Shown: in pieces, positions 8,982-18,071 of the stretch | How the letters are laid out: the number at the start of each line of letters is the position of its first letter | Position numbering within the stretch: position 1 is the stretch's first letter | DNA from: Acidimicrobiia bacterium | GTDB taxonomy: Bacteria; Actinomycetota; Acidimicrobiia; Acidimicrobiales; JANYDT01 | Direction: 5' to 3' | DNA length: 64,000 nucleotides | Assembly: GCA_025359845.1 (NCBI GenBank) | Contig: JANYDT010000218.1 | Coordinates: 10,671-74,670, forward strand | The notes under the pieces: generated by a model | The model's input: the letters and a program-made list of their open reading frames with translations, nothing else | Told to the model about the DNA's origin: nothing | The model's database searches: none | Position numbers and translations under genes: made by a program

Positions 8982-9195
8982 GCTCGTAACTGGCGTGCTT
9001 GGAGGGAGGGATGGCCGCGGCCTTGAAGGCCTCGGCGAGGGAGCCGTGGTCGGCCAGCGAACGCACGAGGGCGACCATCGTCGGCGTCTTCAGGAACACG
9101 AGTTTGCGATTACCATAGTGGTACGCCAGCGCGCCGAAGGGCTCCGGTCGCAAGGCCACTTGAGGGTGCAGCCGATAAGCCGCGTGCGAGTCCAC
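8929..9195 (-). CDS. mftB: Mycofactocin biosynthesis chaperone MftB (PqqD-like RRE protein)
   Basis: YRLHPQVALRPEPFGALAYHYGNRKLVFLK is the MftB hallmark. GTG start; 3' end overlaps the mftC start. Confidence 0.85.
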   Translation of the reverse strand: MDSHAAYRLHPQVALRPEPFGALAYHYGNRKLVFLKTPTMVALVRSLADHGSLAEAFKAAAIPPSKHASYERALADLEASEIICAAAR

Positions 9196-9210
9196 CCCAG
9201 GAGATTACGC

Positions 9211-9264
9211 CTATCCGCACGCCGAGTCCGCCTTCGGCCGAAGTGAGATGACCTCCAGACTCAC
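9211..9264 (-). other. Mini-ORF in the position normally occupied by mftA (candidate degenerate precursor-peptide relic)
   Basis: GTG-SLEVISLRPKADSACG-TAG ends 15 nt upstream of the mftB start. The frame is open back to 9297 (LRIFYDRRSSV...). It shares E-V/I-S and C-G with the MftA core EEISIDGMCGVY but lacks the terminal Val-Tyr. Confidence 0.2.
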
Positions 9265-9327
9265 CGACGACCGGCGGTCGTAGAAAATCCGCAGGGGTTA
9301 CGCAGGGTCGCACGGTACGGTGGACCC

Positions 9328-11145
9328 ATGGGCGACTCGCACTGGGGCTTGTTCGCGGGCCTCCTGCGGCCACACCGCCGGGCCCTCGCCCTCTACGGCG
9401 TCACCCTCTCGGTCGCCACATCGCTGCCGCTGGTCGGTCCGCTCCTCCTCGGGCGCTTCGTCGACGCGTCACGGCGGCGGGCCCCCTATGGCGAGCTGCT
9501 GGCCCTCGCTGGCGGCTACATCAGTGTCGGCATCGTCGCCTCAATCGTGAGTGCCATCATGACGTGGCGATCAACGGTGCTGGCGTGGCGGGTGACCGAC
9601 GGACTCCGTCACGAGCTCGTCGAAAATGCCCTCCACGCCGACCTGGCCTTCCACCGTGATCATCCGACCGGCGAACTCGTGAGTCGAATCGACGCCGACG
9701 TGACGGCCATGACCAACTTTCTCGGCCAATTCGTGGCCAGAGTGCTTGGCATTGGGTGCATCGCCGTGTTCGCCGTCGTGATTCTCGCTTTCGTCGAGCC
9801 GCTCCTGGCCGTGCCCCTGAGCCTCGTGCTCGGTCTCGCCCTGCACACCGCGTGGCGTCATCGAAACGATGCGCTGGCCGAGGCCACCGAAGAACGCACG
9901 GCCGAGAGCAACGTCATGGCCTTCGTCGAAGAGCGCTTGGCTGCGACCGGCGAAATATCGGCCTTGGGCGGTGGCCACGACTCCCTACGGGCAATGGTGC
10001 GCCTGTCGGAGCGACTGGTACGCGCCGTGCGAGCGCGGGCCGACAGCCAGATGCGAGCGCAGACGGCCATCAAGTTGTCGGTGGTCGGCGGCGAGCTGGC
10101 GATGATCGCGACAGGCGCGGCCGCCTTCGCGTCGGGACGGATCGGAATCGGCGCGGTGTTCGTCGGCTACCGGTTTGCCAGCGCCGTGCGCGAACCCGTT
10201 GACACGCTCTCGTGGCGCCTTCAAGACCTCCAGGGAGCCTCTGGATCGGCCCGTCGAGTCCTCGATCTGTTGGTCGAGCAACGCCGTAACCGTCGTCCGG
10301 GCCAACACCATTTACCGACCGGTCCGCTGGAGATCGAACTGGTCGACGTCACCCTGCGCTACGACGACGGCGCCCTCGCCGCCGGACCAGCCTCGTCAAC
10401 CGGAGCTGACGACCGTGACGACGCTGCGCTGCGTGATGTCAGCCTCCGCATTCCGGCCCGGCGCTGCCTCGGCGTGGTTGGTCGAACCGGTTCGGGCAAG
10501 ACCTCACTGGCCCGCCTGATCCTCGCTCTCATCACGCCGACTGAAGGCAAGGTGGCCGTGGGCGGTATCTCGCTGGCCGACGTCGAAGAGGCCGACCTCC
10601 GCCGCCGGATCGCCGCGATCCCCCAGGACGTGCGAGTGTTTCCCGGCACAATTCGCGACAACGTGACCCTCTTCGCTTCGGCTTCTGATGCACTCGACGA
10701 CACGGCCGTGCGCAATGCTCTCACGCAAGTGGGTCTGGGGCCATGGCTGGACGGGCAGAAGCAGGGCCTCGACCAGCCCCTGAACGCGACCGGCGACCGC
10801 GCCCATCCCGAAGGCGCGGGATTATCGGCCGGCGAGGCCCAACTCCTGGCCCTGGCCCGATGCCTCCTGCGCGCCCCCGACGTGGTGGTGCTCGATGAAG
10901 CAACCTCACGTATCGATCCGATGACGCAGGAGCGGATCGCCGCCGCAACCGCGGCGCTGGTGCGCAATCGCACCGCCGTGATCATTGCCCATCGACTCGA
11001 GACCCTGGCCATCTGTGACGACATAGCCGTCTTCGAGGCCGGACGCCTCGTCGAATTCGGTCCGCGCCAACAGTTGGAGGCCGATCCCACATCAAGGTAC
11101 GCGACGTTGCGGCGCGGCCCCGCCCACGCGGAGGAACTGACCTGA
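9328..11145 (+). CDS. ABC exporter, fused permease/ATPase half-transporter (subunit 1 of a heterodimer)
   Basis: N-terminal six-helix TMD region, Walker A GRTGSGKTS, signature LSAGEAQLLALARC, Walker B VVVLDEATSRID. Confidence 0.85.
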   Translation: MGDSHWGLFAGLLRPHRRALALYGVTLSVATSLPLVGPLLLGRFVDASRRRAPYGELLALAGGYISVGIVASIVSAIMTWRSTVLAWRVTDGLRHELVENALHADLAFHRDHPTGELVSRIDADVTAMTNFLGQFVARVLGIGCIAVFAVVILAFVEPLLAVPLSLVLGLALHTAWRHRNDALAEATEERTAESNVMAFVEERLAATGEISALGGGHDSLRAMVRLSERLVRAVRARADSQMRAQTAIKLSVVGGELAMIATGAAAFASGRIGIGAVFVGYRFASAVREPVDTLSWRLQDLQGASGSARRVLDLLVEQRRNRRPGQHHLPTGPLEIELVDVTLRYDDGALAAGPASSTGADDRDDAALRDVSLRIPARRCLGVVGRTGSGKTSLARLILALITPTEGKVAVGGISLADVEEADLRRRIAAIPQDVRVFPGTIRDNVTLFASASDALDDTAVRNALTQVGLGPWLDGQKQGLDQPLNATGDRAHPEGAGLSAGEAQLLALARCLLRAPDVVVLDEATSRIDPMTQERIAAATAALVRNRTAVIIAHRLETLAICDDIAVFEAGRLVEFGPRQQLEADPTSRYATLRRGPAHAEELT

Positions 11146-12809
11146 TGAGAGCGCTGCGCCGGGCTGTTCATCTCGTGTCGTTTCGGCCCCGTCAGTTCTG
11201 GGTCGGCAGCCTCGCGTGGATCACGTACTTCTTGTATCCCATCATCCCCGGCGTCGTGCTCGCCCGGGCCTTCACCGCGATCGAGCACCGAGGATCAGCC
11301 GTACTGATTGGAGCGCTCCTGGTAGGCCTGTTCGCCGCCGAACTATGCGTCCGCATGTTGTTGCGCTTCGGCCACCGTACGTACATGGAGGGCTTCGAGG
11401 CCGCCAACGCTCTGACGCGGGTCAATGCCATGGACGCCCAGCTGCAGAGCGGAGGTCTAGACGTCGGACCGAGGGTGCTCACCGCCGGCGACGCCATGAC
11501 ACGGCTGCGCGACGATCCGAAAGACCTCGTGATGTTCGTCGACAACTGGGTCGATGTGATCGGCTCCACGGTCTTTGCCGCGATCGCGGCCGTCGTGCTC
11601 GCCAGGACACAGCCGTGGGCGACAGCCGTCGCGATGACGCCGCTGCTGATCGTGGTCGTGGCCAACCGCTCGGTCGGCAACCTCATTCGCCGCTATCGAC
11701 GCGCCTCTCGTGACGCAACCTCTGAAGTCTCGACGTTCCTGAACGCGACGCTCGGGGCCGCCCTGACCATCAAGCTGGCCGGCGCCCAGAGCGGCGTAGT
11801 GGCCCGGCTCGACCAGATGAACCGACACCGGGCCCACGCCATGGTGCTCGATCAAGTGTGGTCCGAAGGCATGCAAACCGTCAACGCTGCGACGAGCAAT
11901 ATTTGCGTCGGCCTCGCGCTGGTCGTGGCCGCTCGTAGCCGTATTTCGACGGCCGAGATTTCGCTGTTCGCCTCATACGCCCTGAATCTCGTTTGGTTCC
12001 CGGTGCGGATCGGCCAGGTCATGGTCGGGCGCCGTCGCTTCGAGGTGTCGGCGACGCGGATGGAGACGATGTTGCCACCAACGACAGCGACGCACGATTA
12101 CCTGACTCAGCACCGCGCCATGCCGGTCGCACACGGGCCCGAGTTGGAGGCGGCGCCCCCGGTCGATCGCGTTCCCCTGGAGAAACTTGATGTGCGCTCG
12201 CTGAGTGTGGCCGCACGCGGCCTCGACGACGTGAGTTTCGCAATCGAACGGGGATCCCTCACGGTGGTGACCGGACCGGTCGGCTGCGGCAAGTCGTCGT
12301 TGATGCGGGCCATCCTCGGCCTGATCGCCGCCGACTCGGGCGAAGTCTGCTGGAACGACACGCCGGTCGCGGATCGGGCCGCCTTTTTCGTGCCTCCCAA
12401 CAGCGCGTACGTGGCTCAAGTGCCCTCTCTGTTCGCCACCACCATCGCCGGGAACGTGTTGTTGGGAACGGGCCTTGGTACCGGACCAGGCACCCAGGCG
12501 GCAATCTGGGAAGCATTACGACTGGCCGCCTTCGATACCGACGTCGCCAGCTTTCCCGACGGAATCGATACGGTGATCGGCGCCCGCGGTATGCGGCTCT
12601 CAGGCGGCCAGGCGCAGCGCCTCGCCGCGGCGCGGGCGTTCATCCATCACCCGGAACTGCTCGTCATCGACGACTTGTCGAGTGCCCTCGATTCGGCGAC
12701 CGAACAGCGACTGTGGGACGAAGTGCGCGGCGCCGGCTTCACGGTGCTGGCCGTATCGAACCGGCCCGCGGCCATTGCCCGGGCCGATCAAGTTGTCAAT
12801 TTGGGCTGA
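11145..12809 (+). CDS. ABC exporter, fused permease/ATPase half-transporter (subunit 2)
   Basis: Start overlaps the upstream stop (TGATG). Walker A GPVGCGKSS, signature LSGGQAQRLAAARA, Walker B LLVIDDLSSALD. Confidence 0.85.
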   Translation: MRALRRAVHLVSFRPRQFWVGSLAWITYFLYPIIPGVVLARAFTAIEHRGSAVLIGALLVGLFAAELCVRMLLRFGHRTYMEGFEAANALTRVNAMDAQLQSGGLDVGPRVLTAGDAMTRLRDDPKDLVMFVDNWVDVIGSTVFAAIAAVVLARTQPWATAVAMTPLLIVVVANRSVGNLIRRYRRASRDATSEVSTFLNATLGAALTIKLAGAQSGVVARLDQMNRHRAHAMVLDQVWSEGMQTVNAATSNICVGLALVVAARSRISTAEISLFASYALNLVWFPVRIGQVMVGRRRFEVSATRMETMLPPTTATHDYLTQHRAMPVAHGPELEAAPPVDRVPLEKLDVRSLSVAARGLDDVSFAIERGSLTVVTGPVGCGKSSLMRAILGLIAADSGEVCWNDTPVADRAAFFVPPNSAYVAQVPSLFATTIAGNVLLGTGLGTGPGTQAAIWEALRLAAFDTDVASFPDGIDTVIGARGMRLSGGQAQRLAAARAFIHHPELLVIDDLSSALDSATEQRLWDEVRGAGFTVLAVSNRPAAIARADQVVNLG

Positions 12810-12843
12810 CCCCGGGTCTGTCAACGAGCCGGGCCCTGGAGGA

Positions 12844-14316
12844 TCAGCCCCGTTCAGCGACCAGCCCGGAGCGGCGTACCTTGCCGGCGTCGTCACGCAC
12901 GGGCGTGTCGACATACTCGAACGTCCGAGGGATCTTGTAACGGACCAACCGTTCGGCCAGAAACGCCCGCATCTCGGTATCTGGATCATCCAATCCGTGA
13001 TCGGGCGTCAGTTGGATGACCCCGTGCACCCGCTTGCCCAAATCTTCGTCGGGCAATCCGATCACCGCGCACGACACGACAGTGTGATGCTCGAGCAGCG
13101 CGCTCTCGGTTTCGGCCGGATAGATGTTGGCCCCGCCCGACAGGATCATGTCGGCTTTGCGGTCGCCGAGAAACAGGTAGCCCTCAGCGTCGAACCAACC
13201 CATGTCGCCGAGGCTCTCCCACCCATCGTCGATCCGGTGCGGTTCCGCGCCGCGGTAGTGATACGTCGGCTTTCCTTTGGCCCGAAGGAAGATCTCACCG
13301 ATCTGACCGGGAGGGAGGTCTTCGTGGGTCTCGGGGTCGAGCACTCGCATCTCGCCGTCGGTCACGCGACCGACGGTGCCGGGATGGGCCGACCACTCGT
13401 CGCCCCGCACGACGGTGACCGCCTGCGCTTCGGTGCCGGCGTACAGCTCGTAGATTTTTTCGCCGCCCAGCCAGTCGATCCAAGCCTGCTTGAGCCAGAC
13501 CGGGCAGGGGGCGGCCATGTGCCAGATCACTTCTAGGCTCGAGAGGTCGTACTGAGTTCGCACCGCTACGGGCAGACGCCAGATTCGGCTCATCATCGTC
13601 GGGACGAGCAGCAGCAGATCGGGCCGATACGTGTCGACGGCCCGCAACGTTTCTTCGGCGTCGAACTTCGACATGAGCACGACGTGCCCGCCCCCGAACA
13701 ATGAGAGCGACGACACTTGGAAAGGCGCGCTGTGATACAACGGGCCGGGCGCGCATGAGACCCCGTTCGGCTTGATCCGATAGAACTTCATGCCCGGCCC
13801 ATCCTCATGGAACGTTCCCGGGGCGCCGGAAAGGATCAGCTTGGGCCGGCCGGTCGATCCGCCGCTCGTGGGCGCCTTCCAGGACGGGCTTATGATGTCG
13901 GGCAGCGGATCGTCGCTCAACCCTGCGTCGGGTTCCCATCCCTCGCGCACCACGCGACGAGTCGGATGAGCGGACGGCTCCGCACCGACCACAAGCGCCG
14001 AATCAGCCAACTCGACGATCGCCTGACGCTCCCGGTCGGGCAGGCGGTAGCTCACCGGCTGGGGAATGGCGCCGAGCTTCCACGCCGCCACCGCCGCTTC
14101 GAGAAAGGCCACCGAATTGGGCAGGGCGATCGTGACGAGGCTGCCCTGCGTAACTCCCATTGCCGCGAACGCCCGAGCCATCCGATTCGTGCGGAGGTCG
14201 AGTTCGAGACGGGAGACTGTCTCGTCGCCACAAGTTATGGCGGGACGGTCGGGGTCACGGCGCGCCGCATCGGAAATCAGCCAGCTGATGGATCGATAAG
14301 CCACGAGCGTCACCAT
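12844..14316 (-). CDS. AMP-dependent acyl-CoA synthetase/ligase
   Basis: AMP-binding motif PTSGGSTGRPK. Start is taken at ATG 14316 (MVTLVAYRS) inside track ORF 12844..14490, which avoids overlap with the upstream gene. Confidence 0.8.
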   Translation of the reverse strand: MVTLVAYRSISWLISDAARRDPDRPAITCGDETVSRLELDLRTNRMARAFAAMGVTQGSLVTIALPNSVAFLEAAVAAWKLGAIPQPVSYRLPDRERQAIVELADSALVVGAEPSAHPTRRVVREGWEPDAGLSDDPLPDIISPSWKAPTSGGSTGRPKLILSGAPGTFHEDGPGMKFYRIKPNGVSCAPGPLYHSAPFQVSSLSLFGGGHVVLMSKFDAEETLRAVDTYRPDLLLLVPTMMSRIWRLPVAVRTQYDLSSLEVIWHMAAPCPVWLKQAWIDWLGGEKIYELYAGTEAQAVTVVRGDEWSAHPGTVGRVTDGEMRVLDPETHEDLPPGQIGEIFLRAKGKPTYHYRGAEPHRIDDGWESLGDMGWFDAEGYLFLGDRKADMILSGGANIYPAETESALLEHHTVVSCAVIGLPDEDLGKRVHGVIQLTPDHGLDDPDTEMRAFLAERLVRYKIPRTFEYVDTPVRDDAGKVRRSGLVAERG

Positions 14317-14402
14317 ACGCAATGGGTCCGAACGCGGCCCTATCGGCTGGCCTCCCTCGCGCTTACCGGCCCACAACCTCGCCCAACGAGCCCGGGCCGG
14401 CC

Positions 14403-15347
14403 CTACGACACCGGCGGCCAAGACGTGACGAGCGGCCACAGGGCCGATCCGCCGGCCGCCACCAACGACTGTCCGAAGAAAGCCGCCCATTCCGACTCGG
14501 TACCGTGCTCATCACGCCAGGCCCACAAGCGGCGGGTGGTGAGCTGGAGGCGGTGCTCATCGGTGAAGCCGATCGCACCGTGGATCTGATGGGCGAGACG
14601 GTTGATGATGCCGACCGCTCGGCCGGCGACAGCCTTGGCCGCGCCGATCGCTTGGAGCTGCTGGGTTTCGGACACACCCGCGGCGACCAGCTCGAGCGCG
14701 GTGTCGGCCGCCGCCTCGGTGGCGCACGCTTCCCCGGCCATCTCTGCCAGGTAGTGCTGAATGACTTGTTGCTTGCCGATCGGCTTGCCGAACTGAGACC
14801 GCTCCGAGGCGTACTGCAGCGTGAGGTCGACGGCCCGCTGCAGGCCGCCGGCCATCAGCAAGGCACGGTTGAGAGCCATGGCCCCTCGGTCCGTCTCGGA
14901 GACGGCGAACGAGCCGACGCCCCACGGTTCGCCGGCATAGTTGGTGCCTGTGTCAGCAAAGGTTGACGAGACCCACGCCGAGCCCGACAGCACGTGGCCC
15001 GCCACCGGACCCCACGTGACGCGCGGCCCCGCGGCAACGGCCAACGGCCCGGCCGGCACATCCAACCCCCGCAACGCCGCCAGCGATGCGGCCACCAACG
15101 AATCGCCCAGGGGCACCGGCGCGGCATGGTAGCCGGCGGCCTTCACGATGGCGGCCACGTCGAACAGGGTGCCGCCCGACCCGCCGGCCGACTCGGGCAC
15201 GCCCACCAGGGTAAGTCCGGCGTCTTCCAGCTTGGCCCACAGGGCGACGTCCATCCCACCCTCCGCGGCCACCACGACCTCGGGGGCGCAGTGATCGCCC
15301 AGCAAGGCGTTGATCGTTTCTACAAGGAGCGGATCGACGTTCGACAT
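14403..15347 (-). CDS. Acyl-CoA dehydrogenase-like protein (short, candidate non-catalytic partner subunit)
   Basis: ACAD C-terminal helical domain (YASERSQFGKPIGKQQVIQHYLAEMA). ATG 15347 lies 1 nt after the stop of the upstream ACAD (TGAcATG). Confidence 0.65.
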   Translation of the reverse strand: MSNVDPLLVETINALLGDHCAPEVVVAAEGGMDVALWAKLEDAGLTLVGVPESAGGSGGTLFDVAAIVKAAGYHAAPVPLGDSLVAASLAALRGLDVPAGPLAVAAGPRVTWGPVAGHVLSGSAWVSSTFADTGTNYAGEPWGVGSFAVSETDRGAMALNRALLMAGGLQRAVDLTLQYASERSQFGKPIGKQQVIQHYLAEMAGEACATEAAADTALELVAAGVSETQQLQAIGAAKAVAGRAVGIINRLAHQIHGAIGFTDEHRLQLTTRRLWAWRDEHGTESEWAAFFGQSLVAAGGSALWPLVTSWPPVS

Positions 15348-15348
15348 G

Positions 15349-16497
15349 TCAGCGGACCCCAAGCTCTCGGGCGACGATTCCTCGCAAGATTTCATTCGTA
15401 CCGCCTCGGAGCGTGAATCCGGGGGCCGACAAGATCGAGTCGCTTACCAGCTGGTCGAAGGCCGGACTTTTGCCCGGCGGCACCAGTTGGCGGGCCACCT
15501 CTCCGATCTCTCGCTCCAGCTGGGTGCCCATATCTTTCACGAGGGCCGCTTCGGTGATCGGCGCCTTGCCCTGATCGAGCATCACGGCCACCGAAATGCA
15601 CATCTTGCGCAACGCCGTGAGTCGGGCCACCAGCGTGCCCAGCGCGGCCGCCGCTTCGTTCGACGCATTGGGCCCGATCGCGTCAACCAATGCTGACAAC
15701 AGCGGGTACGTCGAAAGGTAACGCTCGGGGCCCGAGCGTTCGAAGGCCAATTCGCCGATCACCTGATTCCAGCCATTGCCTTCCTCGCCGAGCAGCATGT
15801 AGTCGGGCACGAACGCGTCGGTCATGACGACCTCGTTGAAGTGGTGATGACCGGTCAACAACCGGATCGGACGGATCTCGCACCCTGGCACGCGGAGGTC
15901 CATGACGAACTGGCTCATACCGATGTGTCGATTGCCGCCGCCCTCCGACAGCGGCGTGGTGCGAACCAGCACAATGAAGTAGTGATTCTTGTGAGCCTGG
16001 CTCGTCCACACTTTGGTGCCGTTGAGCAGCCAGCCACCGTCGACCTTGGTTGCCGTTGATCGAATGTTGGCGAGGTCCGATCCGGCGTCGGGTTCGCTCA
16101 TGCCGATCGAGAAGTAGATCTCTCCGGCCGCCATGCCCGGCACTGTCTCTTCCTTCATTCTGTCGTTGCCGTGCTTCAGGATGGACGGACCGGACTGGCG
16201 GTCACTCACCCAGTGCGCCGCGATCGGCGCGCCGAGGGCCAGTAGTTCCTCGGAAACGACGAACCTGTCGAGTGCGGTGCGCTCGTGTCCGCCGTACTTC
16301 TTAGGCCACGACAGCCCAAGGAAGCCATTGGCGCCCAGTTTCTTCGAGAACTCGGGCGAATGCTGGCCGAGCCAGGTATCACAGCGGGGCGTGAAGGTGC
16401 CGGCCGCGATTTCATCGGCCAGAAACGATCGGATACGCAGCCGTAGTTCCTCAGTCGAGGCCGGGAGCGAAGCGGACGGATAAGACAGGCGAGCCAT
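15349..16497 (-). CDS. Acyl-CoA dehydrogenase
   Basis: Full three-domain ACAD: IGMSEPDAGSDLANIRSTATKVDGGWLLNGTKVWTS, C-terminal GGTNEILRGIVAR. Confidence 0.85.
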   Translation of the reverse strand: MARLSYPSASLPASTEELRLRIRSFLADEIAAGTFTPRCDTWLGQHSPEFSKKLGANGFLGLSWPKKYGGHERTALDRFVVSEELLALGAPIAAHWVSDRQSGPSILKHGNDRMKEETVPGMAAGEIYFSIGMSEPDAGSDLANIRSTATKVDGGWLLNGTKVWTSQAHKNHYFIVLVRTTPLSEGGGNRHIGMSQFVMDLRVPGCEIRPIRLLTGHHHFNEVVMTDAFVPDYMLLGEEGNGWNQVIGELAFERSGPERYLSTYPLLSALVDAIGPNASNEAAAALGTLVARLTALRKMCISVAVMLDQGKAPITEAALVKDMGTQLEREIGEVARQLVPPGKSPAFDQLVSDSILSAPGFTLRGGTNEILRGIVARELGVR

Positions 16498-16614
16498 AGC
16501 GGCGGGCAGTCTGGCACGGCTATCGTGGCAACGACACCTCGAGCCGGCGCACCCGTCCCCGCCGGCGCGTCAGGGTCGGCGCGTCGGGGCGCTCCCGGAT
16601 GCCACGCTGAGGCA

Positions 16615-17547
16615 ATGGACTCCGTGCCCTCGTCGATCATCCGTCCCACCATCAGCGAGGCGTATCGCCGCATCGGCGGACACGTTCGGCACACGCCCAT
16701 CCTCGCCCTCGACCCGAACACCACGCTCAAGTTGGAGTTCATGCAGCACTCGGGCAGCTTCAAAGCCCGCGGCGCCTTCAACCGGATGCTGGCCGAGCAT
16801 CCGCCCAAAGCCGGGGTCGTCACCGCCAGCGGCGGCAACCATGGCGCGGCCGTTGCGTTCGCGGCCCGACAACTCGGTGTGAAGGCCACCGTGTTCGTGC
16901 CGACCGTGACGCCGCAAGGCAAACGCGACAGGATCGCGTCGTACGGAGCGACCGTCGAGGTAGGGGGTGACGTCTACGACGACGCCCAGCGCGCCTGCGA
17001 CGAACGGGCCGGCGAGACAGGCGCGATGCTCATCCATCCTTTCGACCATGGCGCGGTGGTGGCTGGCGCCGGCACTGTCGCGCTCGAGCTGGAGGCGCAA
17101 GACCCAGGTCTCGACACGGTGCTGGTGGCCGTAGGCGGCGGCGGACTGGTCGGCGGAACGGCGGCCTGGTACGCAAGCCGCCCAATGGTGCGGGTTATCG
17201 GTGTGGAGCCATTGGGCATGGCCACGCTTCACGCCGCGCTGGCCGTGGGCGAACCGGTGCAGGTCGAGGTGAACGGGCTGGCCGCCGACTCCCTCGGGGC
17301 CCGCCGCATAGGAACGATCGGCCTCGAGCTGTGCCTACGAAAGGGCGTGCAGTCGGTCCTGGTCGATGACCACGCGATCGTGGCCGCCCAGCGCCGGCTC
17401 TGGTCGGAACTGCGAATCGTGGCCGAACCCGGCGGCGCCACCGCGTTGGCCGCCTTGTGGAGCGGTGCCTACGTGCCCGAAGACGACGAACGAGTCGGCG
17501 TGATCGTGTGCGGCGCCAACTGCGATCCAGCCACCGTAACCGGCTGA
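16615..17547 (+). CDS. PLP-dependent threonine/serine dehydratase family enzyme
   Basis: PLP-lysine motif HSGSFKARGAFN and glycine loop SGGNHGAAVA. Start is at ATG 16615 inside track ORF 16525..17547. Confidence 0.75.
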   Translation: MDSVPSSIIRPTISEAYRRIGGHVRHTPILALDPNTTLKLEFMQHSGSFKARGAFNRMLAEHPPKAGVVTASGGNHGAAVAFAARQLGVKATVFVPTVTPQGKRDRIASYGATVEVGGDVYDDAQRACDERAGETGAMLIHPFDHGAVVAGAGTVALELEAQDPGLDTVLVAVGGGGLVGGTAAWYASRPMVRVIGVEPLGMATLHAALAVGEPVQVEVNGLAADSLGARRIGTIGLELCLRKGVQSVLVDDHAIVAAQRRLWSELRIVAEPGGATALAALWSGAYVPEDDERVGVIVCGANCDPATVTG

Positions 17548-17567
17548 CGCGCCGCGTGACTCCTCGG

Positions 17568-17621
17568 TCCACCGGCTCCCCTCACCGGTTCACGCACACC
17601 GGCTCCACGCTCACGGCTCGG
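17568..17621. repeat. Four imperfect ~14-bp direct repeats CACCGG(C/T)TC between convergent genes
   Basis: tcCACCGGCTCC / ctCACCGGTTCA / caCACCGGCTCC / ctCACGGCTCGG read directly from the sequence. Confidence 0.3.
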
Positions 17622-17626
17622 GAGGT

Positions 17627-17986
17627 TCACGACAACAGCTGTCGGACCCGATCCTTGGGTCGTCCGATGATCGCCTTGTCGCCTTTCACCACGACCGGGC
17701 GCTGGAGCAGCGCTGGTCGTTGCAGCAGCAACTCCACCACCGCCTCAGGCGTCTGATAATCCTCTTCTTTCAGCCCCAGTTTGGCGAACTGCGAATCCTT
17801 GCGGACGAGGTCGGCGGCCGGGTCTTCGAGCTTTGCCACGATCGACTCGAGGGCGGCGCGATCGGGGCGGGTGGCTTTCTTCATGTACTCGACGATGTCG
17901 AACTCGACACCCAGCTCTTGCGCAATGGCAACAGCGTTTTGCGAAGAGTTTCAGTGAGGGTTGTGGAAAATGGTGACTTCGGCCAT
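17627..17986 (-). CDS. ArsC/Spx/YffB-family protein with in-frame UGA (17951-17953) at the catalytic Cys position; candidate selenoprotein or nonsense pseudogene
   Basis: Track ORFs 17951..18253 (ends MAEVTIFHNPH-TGA) and 17627..17884 share one frame. The joined 119-codon product aligns along its whole length with E. coli ArsC (IYHNPACGTSRN; LLRKN..LGL; INRPIVV; CRPSE). Confidence 0.7.
17915..17948 (-). promoter_or_regulatory. Stem-loop starting 2 nt after the UGA (SECIS-like position)
   Basis: mRNA CUCUUCGCAA [13-nt loop AACGCUGUUGCCA] UUGCG(C)AAGAG: 10 bp with one bulged C. The loop contains G and U residues. Confidence 0.35.
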
Positions 17987-18071
17987 GCCTGCGACCTTAC
18001 CGCCGGCGGAGTCCCGACACGAAGTACGCGGCCATGGGTCGTTCGACTCATTTCCGTCGGAGGAGCGAAAG

